Below, one piece after another: positions 38,954 through 49,380 of a DNA stretch of 64,000 nt (positions are counted from its first letter, which is position 1; each line of letters starts with the position of its first letter). The DNA lies in the IMG/VR virus record IMGVR_UViG_3300022654_000689; one strand, 5' to 3'. The DNA is from a virus. Lineage: Duplodnaviria > Caudoviricetes. The notes beneath the pieces are model-generated. The model was not told where the DNA came from, made no database searches, and saw only the letters and a program-made list of their open reading frames with translations. The position numbers were made by a program, and so were the translations under genes.

Positions 38954-40747
38954 ATATATAGATATAAATGAATCTATATTTTTTTGCTTAAGTTCATTCA
39001 TAACTTTATTAGCATCATTTTTATCAGTAGAAGAATTTGCAATTACTCTATAAAAAGATTTTCCGCCAACTTTAGCAGCTACCATAAATGCAGAATAACC
39101 TAGTTTTTTCAATTTAGATATCTCTGCTTCAGCATTTTTCTTATCAGCAAAAGACCCTGTAATTACTCTATAATAAGTTAATTTTTCTTTTTTTACAGGT
39201 TTATCATCTTCAACTATAGGTTTAACCACTTTTGATCCTTCAGGTAAATATGCAATTTTAAAATATTCACATATACCCTTAACTGTATATTCAGCTAATT
39301 GATATTTATAATTTTTTAATAATTTTATATCTGATTTATTATCATAAAATGCGTATTCGATTAATCATTTATATTAACTATATATTTCTACATAGATTGG
39401 ACTATATCTTTGTTATTTCTAACATGATCCTTTTCGAATAATATATTAATTACCCTACTCTACTTCCTTATTAACGGTTTCGATAGTCTCTGAACCTTTC
39501 TTTTTATTTTTATAAAAATACACATATCCGTACGCAGATTTTTTCTTTTTAGTAAGAATTTTAAGAATTTCAATTTCAATAGTTCGACATTTTCCTTTAC
39601 TTTTTCCAATAGATTGTATCCATCGTGCTGTATCTGCTATACTTTTAAATTCTGCTACAAAATTATTATTTTTATCATAAACTTCAATGGGAGAAAAAAT
39701 GCTTTCAGGACATTTCATTTTATCTTTCACTTTTTCCCAATGTTCTTTTGGTTTCATTAAATTATTTTTTATAGCATGATCTGTATTTTCTTTTGCCGAA
39801 CACCATTCTAAATTTAATACATTATTATTCGTTTTATCTCCATCCTTATGATTAACATATGGTAAATTATCAGGATTTGGAATGAATATTTCAGCAACTA
39901 ATCTATGCACTCTTAATGTGTATCCTTTTCCATCTTCTGAATAACTCACATACTTATAACCATGAGATTCATGCAAAGAATATATCTTATTTCGTGGAGT
40001 AAGACTTCTTTCTTTTGTTTTTAAATTACTTTGAACTGAATAAGGTTTACAATTTCTAACTTGTCCAAAATTAGAAACTTCCATGTATTTAAACTTAGGA
40101 TGTTTTTTCCATACTTCATATGTATTCATAAAATTCACCTTCCCATTAAAATATAGGGATTTGTTTATGAATTTTTAAATAAAAAGATTTGGCTGCTGAT
40201 TGTCCACATAGGAGTTTCCAGCAATTAAGATCATTTTACATCGACATTAATATTTTTTATTTATCGATGGACATGCAGCTTTGTATATAACTGTAAAATT
40301 TGCAGCTTTACGTCCTCTATTTTTAAATCCTTTATCTATATTTTTATAAACGCCATTAAATATTTCGTTACATATGATTAACGCAGCGTTTTTACTTTTT
40401 TGGGATGCATTATTTGCATGATATACTTCGACACCTCTTGCATTAAGCCATTGGCTGCAACTGCCTGCTGCATTTGCATGTAATGATACAAACAATGCTT
40501 CAGGTTTTCCTAAATCTTTCCATTTTTTGTTAGCATCATTTGCACGAGCAGTTAGTCCTATATCCTTGACAGTTCCAGGATCTGGGTTAGTTAAATGTAC
40601 TATTATACCATGAGCTTCTAATCTTTTCTTAATTAAATATTGCATTTCATTATTAAACTTCCATTCTAATAAAGAACTATCTGGTGATCTCTTACCCGGT
40701 GTTGTTTTTGCATGACCTGAATCAAGTATTACCAATTTTTTACTCAT
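38942..40747 (-). CDS. Endolysin: N-acetylmuramoyl-L-alanine amidase (Amidase_3) + SPOR domains (exons 40747-40263 and 39365-38942; 302 aa spliced)
   Basis: ILDSGH, LLEWKFN and FVSLHANA; splicing restores CPSILIEYAFYDN; two YRVI.(G/N)S..DK..A SPOR repeats. Confidence 0.92.
39455..40138 (-). CDS. Intron-encoded NUMOD4-HNH homing endonuclease
   Basis: EVWK....YMEVSNFGQVRN (NUMOD4), VHRLVAEIFIPNPDNLPYVNHKDGDKTNNNVLNLEW (HNH), and a NUMOD1-like tail. Confidence 0.92.
   Translation of the reverse strand: MNFMNTYEVWKKHPKFKYMEVSNFGQVRNCKPYSVQSNLKTKERSLTPRNKIYSLHESHGYKYVSYSEDGKGYTLRVHRLVAEIFIPNPDNLPYVNHKDGDKTNNNVLNLEWCSAKENTDHAIKNNLMKPKEHWEKVKDKMKCPESIFSPIEVYDKNNNFVAEFKSIADTARWIQSIGKSKGKCRTIEIEILKILTKKKKSAYGYVYFYKNKKKGSETIETVNKEVE
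40154..40165 (-). promoter_or_regulatory. Late promoter inside intron, driving the HNH ORF
   Basis: AACAaatcccTA 16 nt upstream of ATG 40138. Confidence 0.65.
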
Positions 40748-41153
40748 AATATTCTTCATTCCCTTCTTCAATTTCTTCTTCAATACCACATTCATTTAAT
40801 AATGCTTCTAAATCTTCTTGTAATTTGCCTATTAAAATATCTTTTTCAAATGCAACGTCATCTTTTATATTAGTTTTAGTAAGAGTTGCAACGTTATCTT
40901 TAAGACCTTTACTATCAAAATTGACAGTTGCATTTAAAATAGCAATAAATTCAGTAAGTAACACATATGGACTAGTTACAACTGTTTTAAACAAATCGCC
41001 CAATGCTTGCCATGAATTTAAATCTGAAAGTTCCATTCCATTTGCAGTTAACATTGGAAGGATTATAGATAATAATACAGTTAGTATGTAATAAATATTT
41101 TGAGCGCGTAGCTTAATATTAATACCAACAATTTTTTGTAATTTATTCCACAT
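40740..41153 (-). CDS. Holin (phi LC3-like)
   Basis: NIKLRAQN..., SDLNSWQALGDLF...SPYVL..., DSKGLKD; two TM segments; immediately upstream of the endolysin. Confidence 0.8.
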   Translation of the reverse strand: MWNKLQKIVGINIKLRAQNIYYILTVLLSIILPMLTANGMELSDLNSWQALGDLFKTVVTSPYVLLTEFIAILNATVNFDSKGLKDNVATLTKTNIKDDVAFEKDILIGKLQEDLEALLNECGIEEEIEEGNEEYYE

Positions 41154-41166
41154 AATATACCTCCTT

Positions 41167-41178
41167 TAATTAATTGTT
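41167..41178 (-). promoter_or_regulatory. Late promoter of lysis cassette
   Basis: AACAattaatTA directly before the RBS AAGGAGG. Confidence 0.75.
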
Positions 41179-41190
41179 GGCGGAACATAC

Positions 41191-41219
41191 AAAAAAATAA
41201 AGGCTATAGTAGCCTTTAT
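41191..41219 (-). terminator. Intrinsic terminator
   Basis: ATAAAGGCTA-tag-TAGCCTTTAT with a minus-strand U-tract. Confidence 0.65.
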
Positions 41220-41917
41220 CTTATTATGCTTATTGCTAAAAGTTCATCTAAACTATAGCCATTGCTTATTAACCATTGGTCATAAACTTCAGGTAAATCT
41301 ACAGGTATTCCATGTCTTTCCATTAAAACTGGATTCACCATTACTATTGTCATTACTCTTTCATTAGTACTTGCTGGTAATCCTAATTCACGTTTCATAC
41401 AATCTAATAAGTTTACTAATTCTTCATAACTATTATAAGTGTATCCAGAATAGTTGTTTAATACTGCAGGAAGATCTTGATATCTAACTTTTATAGTAAC
41501 ATTATATTCATATCCATTATTACTATTAACTTCTAATACTTCTACGTCTCCTATTGTTTTCCAATATAAATCAATTACATCTAATGCCATTAATTCGTCT
41601 TCTGAAAAATCTCCTTCTAGGTTTTGCATTCCATAGCTTAACATTCCTGCTGTTTCAGGATGTAAATAATAATTAAATAAATCTGCTTCATATAATCCTT
41701 TTCTTACTTCATTAAAATAATCTTCTATTACGTCTTCAGGTTTTGTTAATATGAATTGGTCGTCAGCCCATTGTTTATCTTTTTCTTCTTGTTCTTCTAT
41801 CATTTCTTGTACTTGTTGAGTATCTTGTATGTCTATAGGTTCTACTTCTTTTTCACATCCTATTATAGCTCCTGCCACTACTAATACTAATCCTAACATT
41901 TTTATTCTTTTTAACAT
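41216..41917 (-). CDS. Lipoprotein, unknown function
   Basis: MLKRIK + hydrophobic stretch + IIGC lipobox. Confidence 0.7.
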   Translation of the reverse strand: MLKRIKMLGLVLVVAGAIIGCEKEVEPIDIQDTQQVQEMIEEQEEKDKQWADDQFILTKPEDVIEDYFNEVRKGLYEADLFNYYLHPETAGMLSYGMQNLEGDFSEDELMALDVIDLYWKTIGDVEVLEVNSNNGYEYNVTIKVRYQDLPAVLNNYSGYTYNSYEELVNLLDCMKRELGLPASTNERVMTIVMVNPVLMERHGIPVDLPEVYDQWLISNGYSLDELLAISIIR

Positions 41918-41966
41918 AATAATTTCCTCCTCAAATTTAATTTTATAATTTTTATTAATTTAATTT

Positions 41967-42371
41967 TTAAGCTTCTGCTTTTTCTAATTTGATTAAATTG
42001 TTCATTATATCTGCTTGTTGTAAATAAGCATAAGGATGATCATTTCTTAATCCAGTTTTTAATACTTTTATCTTTATCCATACACCTGTAGCATTTTTTC
42101 CCATATCTAGTACTTCAGCTTTTATCTCATTTCCATAATTCTCAGGATCTCTAAATAATACTACATCATGATACTGTAATATATACTTATTATTAAATCT
42201 CTTTTGTTCAGCTTCAAATCTATCTTGTTCTTTTAGGTTTTCTAAACCTTGTAAAAATTTTTCTTTTATGTCTTGATAGTTTAATAATTTTTTAGCTTCT
42301 TGATATCCTCCTTTAACTTCAGCTTTTAACATTCTCCATTGATAAACTAATTCATTTTTTAAATTTTTCAT
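41967..42371 (-). CDS. Hypothetical protein
   Basis: Strong RBS GAGGAGG. Confidence 0.65.
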   Translation of the reverse strand: MKNLKNELVYQWRMLKAEVKGGYQEAKKLLNYQDIKEKFLQGLENLKEQDRFEAEQKRFNNKYILQYHDVVLFRDPENYGNEIKAEVLDMGKNATGVWIKIKVLKTGLRNDHPYAYLQQADIMNNLIKLEKAEA

Positions 42372-42410
42372 AAATATTACCTCCTCAAATTTAATTTAAA
42401 TTTATATATA

Positions 42411-42435
42411 AAAGAGCTTATTATTTAAGCTCTTT
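42411..42435. terminator. Hairpin, likely terminator
   Basis: AAAGAGCTTA-ttatt-TAAGCTCTTT. Confidence 0.55.
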
Positions 42436-42932
42436 TATTTTCTAAGGTTTTCTATTCTTATTTTTATCTCTTCTATACCTTTTTCGTTAGTTCCAAAACT
42501 TGTTTCTTCTATTAATTCTATTGCATCACATAAACCTTTTATTGCATTTTCTTTTCCAACTATACTCATGCTATATTCATCAGCTTCAAATTCATCATTA
42601 AGGTCTCTATCTAATGCTACTCCATTATTTAATGCTGCTACAGTTTTGTCATATTGTTTATAGAAATGTCCTAGTTCATGATATATTAAGAATTCTTGTG
42701 CTTCTTTAGTTAAGTCTTCAAAATCAAAATCTACTATTATTAAAGGTCTTATTTCATTATCTTTTTTTACTGGTGTAAAAGCTATCATACTAAAACCATA
42801 GTTTGTTAACATTTCAGTACTTTTTATTGCCATGAATCCTAATTCATTTACTTCAAGATTATTTATTATTTCGTCATTTATACAATCTACTTCATAACTG
42901 TCATTTAATTTTTCTATTATATTATTTAACAT
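42435..42932 (-). CDS. HExxH zinc metallopeptidase-like protein
   Basis: FLIYHELGH ... EFEADEYS zincin pattern. Confidence 0.7.
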   Translation of the reverse strand: MLNNIIEKLNDSYEVDCINDEIINNLEVNELGFMAIKSTEMLTNYGFSMIAFTPVKKDNEIRPLIIVDFDFEDLTKEAQEFLIYHELGHFYKQYDKTVAALNNGVALDRDLNDEFEADEYSMSIVGKENAIKGLCDAIELIEETSFGTNEKGIEEIKIRIENLRK

Positions 42933-42968
42933 AAAAATACCTCCACAAATTTAAATTTATTTTTATTT

Positions 42969-42993
42969 CACAGATATAGTATATGAATGAAAA
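42969..42993 (-). promoter_or_regulatory. Early-type promoter (variant TATACTAT)
   Basis: TTTTcattcaTATACTATatctgTG on the minus strand. Confidence 0.6.
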
Positions 42994-43017
42994 ATTTATA
43001 AATACGGTTAAAAAAGT

Positions 43018-43048
43018 ATCCATATAGACTATGATAGTCTATATGGAT
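43018..43048. repeat. Perfect 15-bp inverted repeat with 1-nt spacer
   Basis: ATCCATATAGACTAT-g-ATAGTCTATATGGAT between divergent genes. Confidence 0.8.
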
Positions 43049-43186
43049 TAAAGTATAGTATTAAATAATATAATGTGGATAAATTATATCATCAAGTTGA
43101 AATTATCGTACATAAACAATACGTTATATTGTATTGTAATTATTTGTTAATTAATTACAAATCTAAAAAGAAAAAGGTGTCTTATT

Positions 43187-43804
43187 GTGGATATAATAGA
43201 TTTTAATAGCATGTATAACACATTCATTAAAAATAATGACGACTTTACAATATGTGAAGAAATATTAAATAAATTATATAAAAAAGATCCAATAACTTAT
43301 AATCATTGTTATAGAGTTGGCTGTCTAGCTTGTAGTTTTTCTATGTTCCTGGGTAATAGTGACGATTATAACAAAAAAATATTCAATTCAGCAATATTAC
43401 ATGATATAGGAAAACTTAAAATATCTAATGATATTATGAATAAAAATGCAAAAAATCTTACACATGAAGACAGAATAATACTTAAAAAACATCCTTTATA
43501 CGGTGTTGAATTTATATTGAAAAATAACTACGAACAAATTTATTATGTTACACCGGTATTAGCACTTCATCACGAAACAACAAGTGGAACAGGATGCTTC
43601 AATCTTGATTATTTGGATCTATCTAATTTTATTATTACTGTTAAAATTTGCGATTGCTTTGATGCAATTAGAGTTGCTAGGAGACCAGATGATATTAATA
43701 GAACTGTAGATGAAGCGCTTAATATACTTAATACTAATTGTTTTCATAATCTTATACCTACATGGATTGAAAAATTTAATAAGTATATTAAATACATATT
43801 ATAA
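43187..43804 (+). CDS. HD-GYP-like metal-dependent phosphohydrolase
   Basis: KDPITYNHCYRV, AILHDIGK, KKHPLYG, LHHET.SGTGCF and ICDCFDAI; late motif at 43115-43126. Confidence 0.8.
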   Translation: MDIIDFNSMYNTFIKNNDDFTICEEILNKLYKKDPITYNHCYRVGCLACSFSMFLGNSDDYNKKIFNSAILHDIGKLKISNDIMNKNAKNLTHEDRIILKKHPLYGVEFILKNNYEQIYYVTPVLALHHETTSGTGCFNLDYLDLSNFIITVKICDCFDAIRVARRPDDINRTVDEALNILNTNCFHNLIPTWIEKFNKYIKYIL

Positions 43805-43829
43805 AATTGATGAAAATAAGGAGGTTATT

Positions 43830-44672
43830 ATGATCGATTATAAAAAATTTAATGATGCTATGAAAGCAAAAGATACACTTAAAGGACACTTTATTTTAAA
43901 GGATGAAAATGGTAATATTCTTGAAGAAAAAGATAATTTAATCGTTTTAAGATCTAGATTATTCGTATTATTGCATTTATTTAAGCCAGATGATGAGACG
44001 CGTAATGAGATGGAACAATCATATATAAAAAATGACAGAAGAAGAATATGTTTATTCAAAATTGGTATGGGAGGAGCTGATACGCAATCTGCACCATTTC
44101 AACCATTTGTGCCTAAATTTACAGATAGAGATTTAGCTAATCCTATTCCATTTGTAGTAACAAATTCTATCAAAGAGTTAGATCCTGAATTGGATGCAAA
44201 TCCTAGTGTATTTTTACCAGATAAACATAATTTTAATAAAGCTAAACGTGAAGTATATCATTGGGCTGAAGAGAACGCAGATGATAGTGTTAGTTATTTT
44301 GCTAAAACTTTTGATAATATTAAATTTAATTTTAATACTGAAAGTAATGAAATGTATGCTGAGTTACAACTAACTATTGAAAACTGGGACGCTAGAGGCT
44401 TCTTCTTTAATGAATTGGGATTGTTACTGGCTGAAGAGTACTATATTAAAATCGACTCAGATCTAAATTATTTAAAAGACGAAAATGGAGAATTAATAAC
44501 AATATCTGAATCCGAGTTTAAAGAAGAAATGGCAGCTACTAAAGGAGCATGCGAAGATAATTATATAAAACAATATAAAGATATGGAATTATTTAGCAGA
44601 GTGACATTTGGTACTAAATCTTTAAAAACTCTTAATAATAAACTAATAATGGAATATAGAATATATGTGTAA
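43830..44672 (+). CDS. Putative baseplate/tail-fibre attachment protein
   Basis: GHFILKDENGNILEEKDNLIV ... FNELGL ... LFSRVTF ... MEYRIY pattern; RBS AAGGAGG before ATG 43830. Confidence 0.55.
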   Translation: MIDYKKFNDAMKAKDTLKGHFILKDENGNILEEKDNLIVLRSRLFVLLHLFKPDDETRNEMEQSYIKNDRRRICLFKIGMGGADTQSAPFQPFVPKFTDRDLANPIPFVVTNSIKELDPELDANPSVFLPDKHNFNKAKREVYHWAEENADDSVSYFAKTFDNIKFNFNTESNEMYAELQLTIENWDARGFFFNELGLLLAEEYYIKIDSDLNYLKDENGELITISESEFKEEMAATKGACEDNYIKQYKDMELFSRVTFGTKSLKTLNNKLIMEYRIYV

Positions 44673-44694
44673 AGCATTTGCTTTACACATATAT
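44661..44694 (+). terminator. Hairpin, likely terminator
   Basis: ATATATGTGTAAAGCA-tt-TGCTTTACACATATAT. Confidence 0.6.
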
Positions 44695-44725
44695 TTATTA
44701 AATTTAAATTTATGGGAGGTATTTT

Positions 44726-45934
44726 ATGAATACAAATTTAGTAAACCAATTAAACAACGTTACAAATTCTATTAAATGCAAGTCTATATATGATTACTGT
44801 TTTATGACAAAAGCAATAATGTCTACAATAGCTAATATAACAAGTGATGAAAAGTCATTCATTGTATCTTTAGATTATTATAAAGAATCTATAAAATTTG
44901 AAAATTATTTAGGATTAGAGTACACATCATTTATTAAAACTAAAGTTAAGAAAAGACATAGTGGTGAATTAGTTGATGCATTTAAACCGGATAAAGTAGT
45001 ACTTATCAATGAAGATAATATAAAAGATCCTTTATTTAGAGCAGCTTTAGTAACTGTCATGAATGTAGAACTAGTACAAAAATTTTCAATTCCTGATAAG
45101 TTTGATTCGTATGATGTTAAAAGAAACGCAAGGAATACAAATCTATGGAGTGTATTATTGAATAATATAATAGAAGATAGTACATTAGACTCTGATACTG
45201 TTTATTGGATTATGATATTTGCATTGTTACTTAAAGAAGCAAATTATGATAGAAATGTTACAATTTCGAAGTTTGCATCTGATGAATACAAAGAACTACT
45301 AGATACCCATCTAAAATCAATTCAACAATATCATTATCTAATAAATGATATTATGGATAAAACTGGAATAACAAACTACTGTCAAAGATTTTATTCATTT
45401 GATAATGTTTGTAATTATCTAACTAATTTGAATCATCAGAAAAAAGAACTTTTATCTGTATTAAAAATGTTAGATTGCTATAAAAATTCAAAGTATTACA
45501 ATGAAACTGTATCTACATTATATTTAGGTATTCCTATATTTGACTCTGTTAAAACAGATAAAGGTTATAGTAGTGTATTTGAACCTAGATATAAATGGGC
45601 AACAGATGCTAGTAGTTTCAAGAGCTGTATTTCTTCTTTAGCTGAAATCAATTTAGCTCTTATAGAAATTGCCAATGAGACTGAACATTACAAGGACTTT
45701 ATTAATAATATTAATATTATCTTCATAGATAATTGTGTTAAACTAATTAATAATGAATATTCCGAACTATTTTCAACTAGAACTATAGGAGCTATGAAAC
45801 GTGTTAAGTACGGACGTTCAATTTCAAAAAGTGAAATTGAAGGTTTTAAATTCATAACCGAGATTAGTGATAAGTTTGAAGATAGGAAATTTGCTAAAAG
45901 TATCAAAAAGTATTATACAGATACAATACTATAA
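44726..45934 (+). CDS. Hypothetical protein
   Basis: 402-aa ORF; RBS GGGAGG. Confidence 0.7.
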   Translation: MNTNLVNQLNNVTNSIKCKSIYDYCFMTKAIMSTIANITSDEKSFIVSLDYYKESIKFENYLGLEYTSFIKTKVKKRHSGELVDAFKPDKVVLINEDNIKDPLFRAALVTVMNVELVQKFSIPDKFDSYDVKRNARNTNLWSVLLNNIIEDSTLDSDTVYWIMIFALLLKEANYDRNVTISKFASDEYKELLDTHLKSIQQYHYLINDIMDKTGITNYCQRFYSFDNVCNYLTNLNHQKKELLSVLKMLDCYKNSKYYNETVSTLYLGIPIFDSVKTDKGYSSVFEPRYKWATDASSFKSCISSLAEINLALIEIANETEHYKDFINNINIIFIDNCVKLINNEYSELFSTRTIGAMKRVKYGRSISKSEIEGFKFITEISDKFEDRKFAKSIKKYYTDTIL

Positions 45935-45970
45935 AAGAAGTGTCCCATATCTGGGACACTTCTTTTTTTT
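45933..45970. terminator. Bidirectional intrinsic terminator
   Basis: AAAAGAAGTGTCCCA-tatc-TGGGACACTTCTTTTT between convergent genes. Confidence 0.8.
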
Positions 45971-48662
45971 ACCAATTTATATTATATCTAGTGTCACATG
46001 AAATTTCATCTTCGTCATATGAATATTTTTCTATATAATCTCCATTCACGTCTAGTATTAATTCACCATTTTCATTAGTTTCAAGTATAATATTTTTAAA
46101 TTTAATATTTTCACTATAAGTTAATTGTTCAGCTAGATTAAATATTTCAGTTTCAGAATGTGTTTCTTGTAAATCAAAACAATCTGTATCTATTGATTCT
46201 TCAGATGAAATAACAAATTCATCAAACATTCTAACTGTATTAAATACTGGCTCATCATATATATAATTATATTCATTGTCAAGAATGTCAGTAGTATATG
46301 CTTTAAAAACCATTAATGTAATAGTTATATATTTTTTAACAAAATCACTAATTCCTATAAATTCATTTTCTATAAAATAGTTGCACGCAGGATCGTTTAC
46401 GAAAATATCCAAAGTTTCAGTTAATTCAAAAATTGTTTTATCGTACCATTCTTGTTCTTTAATTTCATCTCCAGCAACTGATATTGGAATTTTTATATGG
46501 TTATATAATTCTATATCATTTTTCATTAAATAGTCATCCCATGTTTTACATTCATTAATCATATATAAATTCATATTTTGAGGCTCTGTAAAGGCAGTTT
46601 CCCATAATTCCATATAATTTTTATATAAAGTATAATTATTCGTATCTAATATAAATTTTTCTAATTGTTCTTTTAAACCAATATTATATTTTAATATTGA
46701 CATAAATTCATCAATACTGTAATACTCATCTTGTTGAATATTAAATTGAGTGAACATTTCAAAATAACAATTAAGATCATCATAGTATAAAATATCTGCC
46801 GGGTTTTTCTTTAATACAGAACGGTAACGATCTATATTATCGGCAGTTAATATATCTCTACGGTTATAATCTATAATATCTTTTAATAATACGAAACAAC
46901 GTATATCAAAACCATTTTTAACATAAAGTTGATTTAATTCTATATTATTTATATTGTTTAGTAACATTTCAAGTTGTATTTCAACATTAACATTATTTTC
47001 AATTATTCTTTTGAAATTTTCAAATGGTTTAGTATCATTATTATATTTGTATATATTATATTTTATTAAATAGTCATATAAGTTTGGGAAACGTTTTTTA
47101 AAATCAGTAATACTGAGATTGTTACGTATCAATTTTTCACTATAAAATTGTAAACAATCAAAAAGTATATATTCAGAATCACCTTTTCCAACTTTAATTT
47201 TTTCATATATATTATTAAATTTGTAATAGTGACTAGATCTTAATAATTGTTCATATATTTCATCATGTTGCTGGTAATACGATTTTATATAATCTCTAGT
47301 ATATACGCTTGCTTGTGTAAATGATTCTAAAGCGAATGTATCAAAGAATTCATATAATAATGTGTATTTACCTTCCTTATCCAACCAATATCGACTATTT
47401 ATTATTTCATATTGCAATTCTTTTAAAAATTTCTCAATTTTTTCATTAGAACTTAGTGACCCGAATCCCCATATGCCTTTACCTATATTGGTGTAATTAA
47501 TTTTAGTACTAAGCTTATTACGTTTTAGAATCATTATAGTTATTGCAATAATCGCATTAAATACATCAATTGGTTGTGGCGATATATTTTTATTAACAAA
47601 TTTAAATCTTTCTTTATCTTTATAAATATTAAATCTAGATTCAATCGCATATATTAATGAAGCAAAATACGCAGTATTCGTTGTATTTTTTACAATATCA
47701 CTAAAAATATTTATTGATAGATACTTAGAATCAACTATATTAAAATCATGTTGTAATACTTCTTCTTTGGTTGCCTGCCATAATGCGTCTCCACCTACAA
47801 CATTTTCAAATGAAACAATTTCATCTGTTTCAACGTTTGTTACCTGATCTATTGGCGTTTTATAGAAAAAAACATCATCATTATTCCAATCTTTAGCTAA
47901 AACGTATTTATTTATTTTAATATTATTAAAACCAAATGCATCTAGTATTACTTCAAAACATTTATTAGTTCCTTTATATTGTATAATGGTATTTATTTTT
48001 TTAATTAATTTACGCTGATAAGTAAGTGGCAATCCATCAAAATAATCTAATCCATAACTTATAAATGTATTTTTACAATCAGTTTTGGTATATCGATCTA
48101 CATCAAAAAATCTTTCCATTTTTTTAGTCAAATACTTTTGAATTGCAAAAAATATAACTAATTCTCTAAAATATTCCTTATATAGAGGCTCTCCATTAAG
48201 GCCTGATGTGTGAATAACTTGGAAGTAATAATTTACTGTGTCATGATAGGCTTGAAGAAATATGGCTTTGTCACTATCTCCAAGCGAGTTATTTGTTGCT
48301 TTAAGTATGTCGAAATCTTTAGCTTGTCTAGCTGTAAAGTAATCAATATTATATTCCGAATTTAATTTTAAATAATACTTATTTTTTTCTTTATATGTTT
48401 TAAGTATTGTTTGTTTCTCTAAATCAGTAAGCCCGCTAACCCCTATATCCATCACTATTGACGTGTAAGTATCGGCAGCTGTACTTATTTCTAAAGTTTC
48501 ATATTTCATTGCTTCGTCATAATCTTTAATTACTAATCCTTCTGCAAAATCTATTACATTTTTAATATCATTAATATCTTCTTGAGATACAATTTCATAC
48601 GTTAAATTATCTAATTTCATGTATTTGTCTAAATAACGAGTCTTGTTATAATCTATTTCCAT
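45969..48662 (-). CDS. Putative virion structural (baseplate wedge-like) protein
   Basis: YQRKLIKKINTIIQYKGT...ILDAFG resembles the KGT motif of baseplate proteins; late promoter at 48694. Confidence 0.5.
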   Translation of the reverse strand: MEIDYNKTRYLDKYMKLDNLTYEIVSQEDINDIKNVIDFAEGLVIKDYDEAMKYETLEISTAADTYTSIVMDIGVSGLTDLEKQTILKTYKEKNKYYLKLNSEYNIDYFTARQAKDFDILKATNNSLGDSDKAIFLQAYHDTVNYYFQVIHTSGLNGEPLYKEYFRELVIFFAIQKYLTKKMERFFDVDRYTKTDCKNTFISYGLDYFDGLPLTYQRKLIKKINTIIQYKGTNKCFEVILDAFGFNNIKINKYVLAKDWNNDDVFFYKTPIDQVTNVETDEIVSFENVVGGDALWQATKEEVLQHDFNIVDSKYLSINIFSDIVKNTTNTAYFASLIYAIESRFNIYKDKERFKFVNKNISPQPIDVFNAIIAITIMILKRNKLSTKINYTNIGKGIWGFGSLSSNEKIEKFLKELQYEIINSRYWLDKEGKYTLLYEFFDTFALESFTQASVYTRDYIKSYYQQHDEIYEQLLRSSHYYKFNNIYEKIKVGKGDSEYILFDCLQFYSEKLIRNNLSITDFKKRFPNLYDYLIKYNIYKYNNDTKPFENFKRIIENNVNVEIQLEMLLNNINNIELNQLYVKNGFDIRCFVLLKDIIDYNRRDILTADNIDRYRSVLKKNPADILYYDDLNCYFEMFTQFNIQQDEYYSIDEFMSILKYNIGLKEQLEKFILDTNNYTLYKNYMELWETAFTEPQNMNLYMINECKTWDDYLMKNDIELYNHIKIPISVAGDEIKEQEWYDKTIFELTETLDIFVNDPACNYFIENEFIGISDFVKKYITITLMVFKAYTTDILDNEYNYIYDEPVFNTVRMFDEFVISSEESIDTDCFDLQETHSETEIFNLAEQLTYSENIKFKNIILETNENGELILDVNGDYIEKYSYDEDEISCDTRYNINW

Positions 48663-48693
48663 TGTGTTACCCCCTATTCATTTCCGTTTATCA

Positions 48694-48727
48694 TACTTAG
48701 TTGTTTTTTCAGTCAAACAACCTAATA
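48694..48727. promoter_or_regulatory. Back-to-back late promoters
   Basis: AACAactaagTA (minus, 48694-48705) and AACAacctaaTA (plus, 48716-48727). Confidence 0.7.
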
Positions 48728-48770
48728 TAATGTAAATAAAATCGAACAAATAGAGGAGGAACACATAAAA

Positions 48771-49379
48771 ATGGAAGGAATGTACATCGGGATAAAAATT
48801 AATAATAATGAATTATATAGAGTTGATTGTAGACGCTCATTAGTTCAAAAAGGTGCAGTAGATCTTACAGGTGTTGCTCTATTTGCTGATATTGGTTCTG
48901 CTTTCATTAGACAAAATGTAGAATCACTAAAAGGTGTTTCACAACTGTCATTTAAAGATTATGAAACAGGAATGGTATTTGAAATAGAAATGCATCAAGC
49001 TACAAGAAATGTAAATATATTGATGACTGATTCTGTAACTGGATTAAGTCGTTTGTTATTACCTAGTGAATTTAAAGTTATAATAGACACTAGCTGGTTT
49101 AATGTAATTGATGAAAATGGTAATTTAGCAGTATCTACTATATTTGAAGTTAATTCAATAGATCTTTCAAGATTATGCAATATGTCTAAAGATATTCTTA
49201 ATATAGGATTATTACATTATATTAAAGTTGGAGGATCTGCAACTGATATAAGAATTAATATGGCTCAAATAATACCTATTATTATAGCTCATGACGATTA
49301 TATAGCTACAATACAAATGAATGAAAATACACCTATATTAATACAACAATGGTATGAAAATGGTTGTCCATTAGAATAA
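48771..49379 (+). CDS. Hypothetical protein (late)
   Basis: RBS GAGGAGG; late motif upstream. Confidence 0.7.
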   Translation: MEGMYIGIKINNNELYRVDCRRSLVQKGAVDLTGVALFADIGSAFIRQNVESLKGVSQLSFKDYETGMVFEIEMHQATRNVNILMTDSVTGLSRLLLPSEFKVIIDTSWFNVIDENGNLAVSTIFEVNSIDLSRLCNMSKDILNIGLLHYIKVGGSATDIRINMAQIIPIIIAHDDYIATIQMNENTPILIQQWYENGCPLE

Positions 49380-49380
49380 G

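Larger units (their letters stand above)
39366..40262 (-). ncRNA. Group I intron (897 nt) in endolysin gene, carrying an HNH ORF
   Basis: P1: exon CAUCGAU pairs with GUCGAUG. Core AATTGCTGGAAA, AATCAGCAGCC, TTCAGAGACTA, AAGATATAGTCC. Terminal G at 39366; the frame is restored. Confidence 0.92.
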
